A stretch of DNA of 64,000 nt from Lachnospiraceae bacterium (GTDB lineage Bacteria; Bacillota; Clostridia; Lachnospirales; Lachnospiraceae), in the NCBI GenBank assembly GCA_045124315.1, contig JBGVLO010000009.1, positions 5,348-69,347 of the forward strand, in the 5' to 3' direction. This document shows positions 8,400-15,687 of this stretch, in pieces. Numbering within the stretch: the stretch's first letter is position 1; every line of letters begins with the position of its first letter. The notes under the pieces are model-generated. The model ran no database searches, was not told the origin of the DNA, and was given only the letters and a program-made list of their open reading frames with translations. The translations under genes were made by a program, and so were the position numbers.

Positions 8400-10526
8400 A
8401 TGAAATATCAAAAAACAAAGCATACCTTTTTGGCAATGCTATTAATTGTAACAATGATTTTTACACCGTTATCTTTTGGTGGTGAGGTTAGTTATGCAGC
8501 TTTCTCAAATAATAAGTTGGTGGTGTATGTGGCTGCGGAAGGAAAAAATGCATCAGGTGCGGCAGTTACTGTGAGTAAAACGGCAGTTGTTATGGAAACA
8601 GGCAAGACTGCAGCAGATGCCATTCAGCAAGTATTAGACAGTTCAGAGTACAAAGATAATTATGTGATTTCAACAACTTCATGGGGCAAATCTTTAGATT
8701 CGATCAATGGTTTAGATACCTATTCGGTAGGAAATGATTGGTATTATTGGAGCTTTATGGTAAATAAGGAATATGCTCCTGTTTCCATTGGAGAATATGA
8801 ATTGAAGGATCAAGATCAGATTAGTTTAATTTACAGTTATGACAATTGGAATACTACAACTTCTGATTTTATGGATGATACTACAAAAAATCCAAGCAAA
8901 GAACAGGCCTCTAAGTTGCTAAATGCAGCGATTGTAAATAAAAACACAATGGCAAAAGTGCTATTTCATAATATCTTTGAAAATGGTGCAAAGTTACCGG
9001 AATTGGGTGCAACTTCCAATGGGTACTATACCATATATTCTTTAGCAGAAGCAGGATTAGAAGTGCCAGAGTTTTATGCCAATGTATACAACAAACTTGT
9101 AGAAGATTTGAAGACATTTGAAAATGGTGCTGCATTGTCAGACGGAACAACAAAAGATAGTTTACTAAATAGTGGATATGCCAGCCCATATTACGCAAAA
9201 ATTGCATTAGCTGTGACTGCAATGGGATACGATGCTACCGATGTAGGTGGAATTAATTTAATAGAAAAACTTGCAAACCGTGAAATTTTTCAGAAATCTG
9301 TAAAAGCTGCAGATTATGGAGCATATGGAAGAGAAGGTATGGTTTTATTTGCAATCGATGCAGGAAATTATACATTGCCAGTAGGTGAAAATTACATTAC
9401 ACGGGCAGAATTGATCAATGGAGAAATGGCTTCGGTTATGGATGCTATTGAAACAGCAATCGCTTGGAATTCTTTTGATTCAGCAGCTATGGCAATTCAA
9501 AGTCTTGCACCATATGTAAATCAAGATGTGGAGGGTGTCGATAAGGAGCAGGTAAAACAGATTACAGATTGTGCCATTGGTTATATGCAAACAATGCAAG
9601 AGAGCAACGGTTCTGTTGGAAATTGCTGGACATTGGCACAAGTAATGTATGCTGCTGGAAAATTCGATATTGATATTTTGGATGAAACGGATGCAGATTT
9701 TATTAAGAATGGTGTGACACTGTTTGATTGTGCAGACATATATGTTGATACTGATTCCAATACGATTGACGAGGAGTTAATGAGTTATCAACCAGAACAG
9801 CTGTTGCGAGGATACTCTGCAACGATCAACGCAGCAATAAAGGCTGGAGAGACATACACAGAAGTTGTTACAAGTTCTGCAGTTGTAGTAGATCCTGTAA
9901 TTACCGAAACGCTTGCTCCGGTCGCTACAGCGCCGGCATCAACAATGCCAATTACAGAACCAACTACAGAACCAACAAGTACAGTGCCAGCACCAACAGC
10001 AGCAGCGCCAAGTAGCACGAATCCTGTTGTTACATCGGATCCGGCAATTACAGCTGCAACTTCTATAGAACAGGCAAAAATTGCGGTGATTGCAGATCAG
10101 GTATATACAGGAAAAGAAATAACACCAAATGTTAAGGTGACACTTGGAACTACAAAACTGGAAAATGGAACAGATTACGATGTTGCTTATGAGAATAACA
10201 AAAAGTTAGGAACCGCAAATGTTGTGGTGACTGGAAAGGGAAGCTATACAGGAACTTGTAGCGCAACCTTTAAGATTGTTCTTGAAAAGACAAAGATTAC
10301 AAAAATAAAGAATGGAAAAATTATATTCAAAAAAGTAATCGGAGCGAAAAAATATAAAGTAGAGATTGCAACGAATAAGAAATTTAAGAAAACCATTGCA
10401 AGTAAAATTTCGAAAAAAACAAGTGTAAACTATTCCTTTAAAAAAGGAAAGACATATTATGTTCGAGTTTGTGCAATTAATGGAAAGCATAAGAGCAGCT
10501 ATAGTAATGTAAAGAAAGTAAAGTAA
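8400..10526 (+). CDS. Secreted multidomain protein: DUF4430 + alpha/alpha-toroid (prenyltransferase-like repeats) + P/T linker + Ig/FN3-like domains
   Basis: Signal peptide, then DUF4430 pattern (KLVVYVAAEG...WYYWSFMVNKEYAPVSIGEYELKDQDQISLIYS). A helical region of about 340 aa follows with repeats such as ESNGSVGNCWTLAQVMYAAG and YYAKIALAVTAMG. Then come a Pro/Thr-rich linker (9890-10030) and two beta-rich C-terminal modules. Confidence 0.7.
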   Translation: MKYQKTKHTFLAMLLIVTMIFTPLSFGGEVSYAAFSNNKLVVYVAAEGKNASGAAVTVSKTAVVMETGKTAADAIQQVLDSSEYKDNYVISTTSWGKSLDSINGLDTYSVGNDWYYWSFMVNKEYAPVSIGEYELKDQDQISLIYSYDNWNTTTSDFMDDTTKNPSKEQASKLLNAAIVNKNTMAKVLFHNIFENGAKLPELGATSNGYYTIYSLAEAGLEVPEFYANVYNKLVEDLKTFENGAALSDGTTKDSLLNSGYASPYYAKIALAVTAMGYDATDVGGINLIEKLANREIFQKSVKAADYGAYGREGMVLFAIDAGNYTLPVGENYITRAELINGEMASVMDAIETAIAWNSFDSAAMAIQSLAPYVNQDVEGVDKEQVKQITDCAIGYMQTMQESNGSVGNCWTLAQVMYAAGKFDIDILDETDADFIKNGVTLFDCADIYVDTDSNTIDEELMSYQPEQLLRGYSATINAAIKAGETYTEVVTSSAVVVDPVITETLAPVATAPASTMPITEPTTEPTSTVPAPTAAAPSSTNPVVTSDPAITAATSIEQAKIAVIADQVYTGKEITPNVKVTLGTTKLENGTDYDVAYENNKKLGTANVVVTGKGSYTGTCSATFKIVLEKTKITKIKNGKIIFKKVIGAKKYKVEIATNKKFKKTIASKISKKTSVNYSFKKGKTYYVRVCAINGKHKSSYSNVKKVK

Positions 10527-10619
10527 GTAAACCAAGAAAATAAACAATCACGAGAGCAACAAGGGAAAAGAGAACTTTGTTGCTCTTGTAGTATGTGTGA
10601 AAAGTGAGGAACAAGTAAA

Positions 10620-11033
10620 ATGAAAAGAAAAAATATACAGCAGATCCAAAAAAATGGAGATAAAATCACACAAACAACGACGGATATTGTACTTTCCTTT
10701 GGTGGAAAGAGAAAGGTGCTCAGTACCTCTAGTTTATGTGGTGGAATACATACAGAATTAGAAGCTGTATTTAATAAGAGTTGTTATTCCGAACAGTACG
10801 CAAGTGGCTCCGGTACAGATGGTGTGATTGTGATTGGAGATATGGAATCAAATATTAAGTTGTTTCATGCAAATACAGATGTAAGACTTGGAGAGTGTAT
10901 CGGAAAAGCAGTATCAAATGCAGTTGCAGAGCAATTGCACTTACAAATGATATATGAAGAAAAATACATTTCACCAAAATCAATGTCACAAGAAAAAGCA
11001 GAAACTTTTCTTTCTGCCTATAAATATGAATAA
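10620..11033 (+). CDS. cbiZ: CbiZ-family (adenosylcobinamide amidohydrolase)-like protein, abnormally short (probable internal deletion)
   Basis: The N-terminal block LSFGGKRKVLSTSSLCGG and the C-terminal block ASGSGTDGVIVIG...RLGECIGKAVSNAV resemble the two ends of CbiZ. The central roughly 100 aa expected between them is missing (137 aa total). Confidence 0.5.
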   Translation: MKRKNIQQIQKNGDKITQTTTDIVLSFGGKRKVLSTSSLCGGIHTELEAVFNKSCYSEQYASGSGTDGVIVIGDMESNIKLFHANTDVRLGECIGKAVSNAVAEQLHLQMIYEEKYISPKSMSQEKAETFLSAYKYE

Positions 11034-11114
11034 ATATTACAGTTTTGAGAAATAACTAACCAAAGCTTGAATTAAAGAAGTATTGTATGATACTCGTGTA
11101 AAAGGAGGATTTAT

Positions 11115-11678
11115 ATGTCATTAATCAACAAAGAAGTAAGTGATTTTTCAGTACAGGCATTTCAGAACAATGAGTTCAAAACAGTGACAAAAGCTGATTT
11201 GCAGGGAAAGTGGAGTGTATTCTTTTTTTATCCAGCGGATTTTACCTTTATCTGCCCTACTGAATTAGAAGATTTGGCAAATAAGTATGAGGAATTTAAA
11301 AAAATCGGATGCGAGATTTATTCGGTATCCTGTGATACCCATTTCGTACACAAGGCATGGCATGATACGTCTGAGAGGATTCAAAAGATTCAGTATCCTA
11401 TGCTCGCTGATCCTACTCATGCACTTTCCAGAGATTTCGAGGTGTATATTGAAGCAGATGGTGTTTCGGAGCGTGGAACTTTTATTGTAAACCCTGATGG
11501 AAAGATTGTGGCATACGAGGTAAATGCGGGAAATGTTGGAAGAGATGCAGATGAATTGTTCCGAAAAGTGCAGGCAAGTCAGTTTGTATATGAACATGGC
11601 GATGAGGTATGCCCGGCAAAGTGGCAGCCGGGAGCAGAGACGTTAAAACCGAGCCTTGACTTGGTTGGACAGCTTTAA
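11115..11678 (+). CDS. ahpC: Alkyl hydroperoxide reductase subunit C (typical 2-Cys peroxiredoxin)
   Basis: 187 aa, FFFYPADFTFICPTE peroxidatic Cys motif and C-terminal EVCPAKW resolving Cys. Confidence 0.95.
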   Translation: MSLINKEVSDFSVQAFQNNEFKTVTKADLQGKWSVFFFYPADFTFICPTELEDLANKYEEFKKIGCEIYSVSCDTHFVHKAWHDTSERIQKIQYPMLADPTHALSRDFEVYIEADGVSERGTFIVNPDGKIVAYEVNAGNVGRDADELFRKVQASQFVYEHGDEVCPAKWQPGAETLKPSLDLVGQL

Positions 11679-11695
11679 GCTCAAATAGGAATTAC

Positions 11696-11733
11696 AACGG
11701 CATCGGTAGGGAGTAGAACCGATGCCGTTTTTG
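11696..11733 (+). terminator. Hairpin + T-run between ahpC and the reductase gene (partial terminator/attenuator)
   Basis: AACGGCATCGGT-loop-ACCGATGCCGTT followed by TTTTT. Confidence 0.6.
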
Positions 11734-11749
11734 AAAGGAAGGATTTATT

Positions 11750-13369
11750 ATGGAAAATTTATACGATGTTGTTGTGGTCGGCGGAGGTCCCGCAGGGCTT
11801 ACTGCAGCCCTGTACCTTGCCAGAGCAAAATACAGAGTACTGGTTGTAGAAAAAGAGCAGTTTGGTGGACAGATTACCATTACTTCCGAGGTGGTAAACT
11901 TTCCGGGAGTTTATAAGACAAGTGGCAAGGAATTAACAGAAACCATGCGAAAACAGGCGGAAAGCTTTGGGGCAGAATTTATGCTTGCAGAGGTAACAGG
12001 ATTTGATTTAACAGATAAAATCAGAAAAGTAATCACAAGCAGAGGAGAAATTGCGTGTTTTGGGGTTCTCCTTGCTACAGGCGCACATCCCAGAAAAATC
12101 GGATTTGACGGAGAGGAGAAGTTCAAAGGCCATGGCGTAGCGTACTGTGCTACCTGTGATGGAGAGTTTTTTGCAGGAAAAGAGGTGTTTGTCATAGGTG
12201 GCGGATTTGCGGCTGCAGAGGAGAGCGTGTTCCTAACGAGATACGCCAAACATGTAACGGTTCTGGTTAGGGGAGATGATTTTTCCTGTGCTAAGAGTAC
12301 CGCAGATGTAGCTAAGAACCATGAAAAAATAACAGTGATTACCAATAGCAGTGTGGTCAGTGTTGAGGGAGATACGGCTCTGCATAGTTTGAAATATAAA
12401 AACAATAAGACTGGAGAAATGACGGAATACCAAGCAGAGGAAGGAGATACATTTGGGGTTTTTGTATTTGCGGGATATGAGCCGGAAACAGAACTTGTGA
12501 AGGATTTTGTAAAATTAAATGAGCAGGGTTATGTTGAAACGGACGAACAGCAGAAAACCAATATTGATGGTTTGTATGCAGCCGGGGATGTCTGTGTCAA
12601 AAATCTTCGCCAGGTGGTTACTGCTGTGGGTGACGGAGCTTTGGCAGCCACAGAATTGGAACGATATGCAGCGAAAATGCAGAAAATAACCGGATTAAAG
12701 CCTCAGATAAAAGGAGTGGTCAGACAGGAAAATACTGAAAAAGAACATGAGAGAGCAAATCAATCAGCCGATTCCTTATTTGATGTAGATATGACGGCAC
12801 AGCTAAAAACAGTCTTTTTCAAGATGGAACATTCATTACGATTAAAGCTCTATCTTGATTCAAAGCCGCTATCTGAGGAACTAAAAAACTATGTAGAAGC
12901 AATGACAGAACTTACGGATAAACTCTCAGTGGAGATTGCAGAAAGCCATACAGTAAGCGAGACTCCGTGTGTTAGGGTATTTAGAGAGGATCAGTCGGAT
13001 ACAGGGCTTGCTTTTCATGGTGTGCCGGGCGGACATGAATTTACATCTTTTGTTCTGGGATTATACAATGCGGCAGGAGAAGGTCAGACTGTAAATGATT
13101 CAGTTAAAGAAAGAATTACAAAGATTAATCAAGAGGTGCATATGCAGATACTGGTTTCTCTTTCCTGCACCATGTGTCCGGAACTGGTGACAGCTGCGCA
13201 GAAGATAGCAACTATGAATCCTCTTGTTGCGGCCGAGGTTTATGATATTAATCACTTTGGCGGCATAAAGCAGAAGTACAACGTAATGAGCGTCCCTTGT
13301 CTTGTTATCAACGAGGATAAGGTATTCTTTGGAAAGAAGAACATTGAGCAGATATTGGACTTGATTTAA
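11750..13369 (+). CDS. AhpF-like peroxiredoxin reductase with permuted domain order (TrxR module first, AhpF-NTD-like double Trx fold last)
   Basis: N-terminal GGGPAGLTAA FAD motif and CATCDG redox centre. The C-terminal 200 aa align to the AhpF N-terminal domain (GVPGGHEFTSFVLGLYNAAG, SLSCTMCPELV, VMSVPCLVIN). Confidence 0.85.
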   Translation: MENLYDVVVVGGGPAGLTAALYLARAKYRVLVVEKEQFGGQITITSEVVNFPGVYKTSGKELTETMRKQAESFGAEFMLAEVTGFDLTDKIRKVITSRGEIACFGVLLATGAHPRKIGFDGEEKFKGHGVAYCATCDGEFFAGKEVFVIGGGFAAAEESVFLTRYAKHVTVLVRGDDFSCAKSTADVAKNHEKITVITNSSVVSVEGDTALHSLKYKNNKTGEMTEYQAEEGDTFGVFVFAGYEPETELVKDFVKLNEQGYVETDEQQKTNIDGLYAAGDVCVKNLRQVVTAVGDGALAATELERYAAKMQKITGLKPQIKGVVRQENTEKEHERANQSADSLFDVDMTAQLKTVFFKMEHSLRLKLYLDSKPLSEELKNYVEAMTELTDKLSVEIAESHTVSETPCVRVFREDQSDTGLAFHGVPGGHEFTSFVLGLYNAAGEGQTVNDSVKERITKINQEVHMQILVSLSCTMCPELVTAAQKIATMNPLVAAEVYDINHFGGIKQKYNVMSVPCLVINEDKVFFGKKNIEQILDLI

Positions 13370-13680
13370 ATGAAGGAGAGACAAATTATGATGAAGAAAA
13401 ATAAATGGAAACTTATGATATCCTCAGTTGTTATTTTACTACCAATTTTTATTGGGCTGTGTTTACCTGAATTTACTTTTAACGGTAATAATGGTATGAC
13501 AGGAAGCAAAATGTTTTTTGTTTTTGGTATTCCCCTCTTTTTGCTGTCAATACATTGGATGGGGATTTTTCTGACAGTGCACGATCCTAAAAATATAAAT
13601 GGACTAATAGGGTATCGTACATCTCGTTCTATGAGAAATATGGATACATGGAATTTTGCACATGAATGCAACACCCATCA
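13370..13680 (+). pseudogene. SdpI/DUF1648-family membrane protein fragment
   Basis: The GYRTSRSMRNMDTWNFAH motif and preceding TM segments resemble SdpI-family proteins. Similarity ends abruptly and the ORF runs into antisense of the next fragment. Confidence 0.45.
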
Positions 13681-13969
13681 GCATATAATTGAGTGTGATG
13701 TCGGAAAGCAAATAAGTGTTTATGCTCCAGCCCATCAGCATTGTAACTGAAATACCGCATAGCAGTACTGCTAAACATGTGATTTTCTTATGACATTTTT
13801 TTAATAGGAGTCCAGTGGGAAAACCGACGATAGCACCAATTACAATTGGAAGAAAAATCATAACCGGAATCATGTAAAGCGGAAGTGTACCACTGGAAGC
13901 TGTGCGGGCAACCAAAGAATTCACTGTAAAAAATACTACAATTCCCACTATATCGTCTAATATAGTCAT
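13604..13969 (-). pseudogene. Cation:proton antiporter (Na+/H+ exchanger family) internal fragment
   Basis: LDDIVGIVVFFTVNSLVA...PIVIGAIVGFPTGLLL is typical of the middle of CPA-type antiporters. It is only about 100 aa, with no N- or C-terminal parts. Confidence 0.5.
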
Positions 13970-14310
13970 TGGGAGAAGGGTGTCTGTAACAGGTCCTTTT
14001 GCATGAAATACCCATTTAGCATAAGCTGCATCAGTCGGAAATAGGCCAGGGCATCTTCCCTTGAGACATGATCCCGAAGAATGAGGGAATCAAGAGCCTG
14101 ATTATATATTGTTTCATTAAATGAATTAAATTCTGAAAGTATAGGATTAATCCAATCTGACAGATGAGGCGGTGGAGTAAGCAAAGCTTCAAAAAAATGT
14201 GTGTCTCATTTGAATAAGTATTGAAGAAATCCATACGTGCAGACATATAGTGGTCCAGACTTTTTGTATGATTTTTGAGATAATTCATGAGTTTTTTCGG
14301 CTTTTTTCAT
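13966..14310 (-). pseudogene. TetR-like regulator remnant (frameshifted, no HTH region)
   Basis: A short MKKAEKTHE... start at 14310 is followed by two overlapping frames (14288-14031, 14184-13966). They encode a helical C-terminal ligand-domain-like sequence, and no DNA-binding HTH is encoded. Assignment is weak. Confidence 0.35.
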
Positions 14311-14367
14311 AGTATTTTGATCCTTTTATATTGTTAACCACTTGGTCAATAAATATAAGATTACTTC

Positions 14368-14416
14368 TTGACAAGTGAACGACTGTTTACTATAATATCA
14401 GTAAACGGTCGTTCAC
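14368..14416 (+). promoter_or_regulatory. Consensus sigma-A promoter (TTGACA-17-TATAAT) embedded in a 17-nt-arm inverted repeat (operator)
   Basis: TTGACA at 14368-14373 and TATAAT at 14391-14396. The inverted-repeat arms are GTGAACGACTGTTTACT (14375-14391) and AGTAAACGGTCGTTCAC (14400-14416), with one mismatch. Confidence 0.65.
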
Positions 14417-14517
14417 GAGATAAAGGAGCTAGTAATGTCTGACACAAAGAAAAATACGAATGACTGTACTTCACTTGTTTGCAAGGGATGGTTCTCAGAA
14501 AGGATGAAGATAAAATA

Positions 14518-15144
14518 ATGAATACTAGTAATATCGTAATACGTTTAGAGCAAAAAGAAGAATATCGAGAAGTAGAAAATTTAGTAAGAGAAAGCTTTTG
14601 GAATGTATATCGTCCAGGGTGTCTGGAGCATTATGTGTTAAATCAGCTTCGAAATGATTCGGCATTTGTTCCGGAACTTGATTTTGTTATGGAACAGAAT
14701 GGTAAAATAATTGGTCAGAACATGTTTATGAGAGCAAATATCCAAGCGGATGATGGCAGGACGATCCCTATTATGACGATGGGGCCAATCTGCATTACAC
14801 CGGAACTGAAAAGAAAGGGATATGGAAAAATATTGTTAGATTATTCCTTAGAAAAGGCAAAAGAAATTGGTTGCGGTGCACTTTGTTTTGAGGGAAACAT
14901 TGATTTTTACGGAAAAAGCGGCTTTACTTATGCAAGCACCTTCGGCATTCGTTATCATGGATTACCGGAAGGCGAAGATGCTTCCTTCTTTTTATGCAAG
15001 GAATTGATCCCAGGATATTTAAATGGGATTACAGGTGAGTATGCAACACCACAGGGCTATTTTGTGGATGAAGCAGAAATGGAAGCATTTGATAAGGAGT
15101 TTCCGGTTAAAGAAAAATTGAAACTTCCAGGTCAATTATTCTAG
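14518..15144 (+). CDS. GNAT-family N-acetyltransferase
   Basis: The RKGYGKILLDYSLEKAKEIG acetyl-CoA binding motif fits the YhbS-like family. The start at 14518 overlaps the stop of a 27-codon upstream ORF (TAATG). Confidence 0.85.
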   Translation: MNTSNIVIRLEQKEEYREVENLVRESFWNVYRPGCLEHYVLNQLRNDSAFVPELDFVMEQNGKIIGQNMFMRANIQADDGRTIPIMTMGPICITPELKRKGYGKILLDYSLEKAKEIGCGALCFEGNIDFYGKSGFTYASTFGIRYHGLPEGEDASFFLCKELIPGYLNGITGEYATPQGYFVDEAEMEAFDKEFPVKEKLKLPGQLF

Positions 15145-15173
15145 GAGCGATTAATTAAATAAGAAAATTGGTG

Positions 15174-15207
15174 GCATTCAGGCTGAAATGGTCTGAATGC
15201 TTTTTTT
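15174..15207 (+). terminator. Intrinsic terminator
   Basis: GCATTCAG-loop-CTGAATGC followed by T7. Confidence 0.75.
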
Positions 15208-15219
15208 ACTTTGTTCTTA

Positions 15220-15248
15220 TTGACATATACCCCATTGGGGTATATAAT
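15220..15248 (+). promoter_or_regulatory. Promoter (TTGACA-17-TATAAT) overlapping a CsoR-type operator ATATACCCCATTGGGGTATAT
   Basis: A perfect 21-nt palindrome with a C4/G4 core lies between the -35 and -10 elements. An extra GGGGTATAC half-site is at about 15258. Confidence 0.65.
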
Positions 15249-15329
15249 GCGCGATAATGGGGTATACTATAAGAATGAAAATAATAAAAAGAAAGCTTTT
15301 TTACTTTAATGAGAAAGGTTGCTTAGTAT

Positions 15330-15635
15330 ATGAGTGAAGAAAGAGAGTGTTGTGCTCACAAAACAAAAGATCGTTCGGAAAAAGAATACAAGGATTTGAT
15401 TCATCGTTTGAACCGTATTGAGGGACAAGTGCGGGGAATTAAGGGTATGGTGGAAAACGATGCTTACTGCACGGATATTCTGACACAGGTGGCGGCGGTG
15501 AGTGCGGCGCTTAATAGCTTTAATAAGGTATTACTCTCCAATCACATTAAAACCTGCGTAACACAGGATATCCTTGCAGGCAAAGAGGAGACTGTGGACG
15601 AGCTGGTGACTATATTACAGAAGTTGATGAAGTAG
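15330..15635 (+). CDS. csoR: CsoR-family copper-sensing transcriptional repressor
   Basis: 101 aa, DUF156/CsoR pattern with RIEGQVRGI and the Cu-ligand context [10 protein letters not shown]. It sits directly upstream of copA. Confidence 0.85.
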   Translation: MSEERECCAHKTKDRSEKEYKDLIHRLNRIEGQVRGIKGMVENDAYCTDILTQVAAVSAALNSFNKVLLSNHIKTCVTQDILAGKEETVDELVTILQKLMK

Positions 15636-15687
15636 TGTGATAGGATGCATTTGTGATAGATATATTTGGGAAAGGGGTGATAGACGC

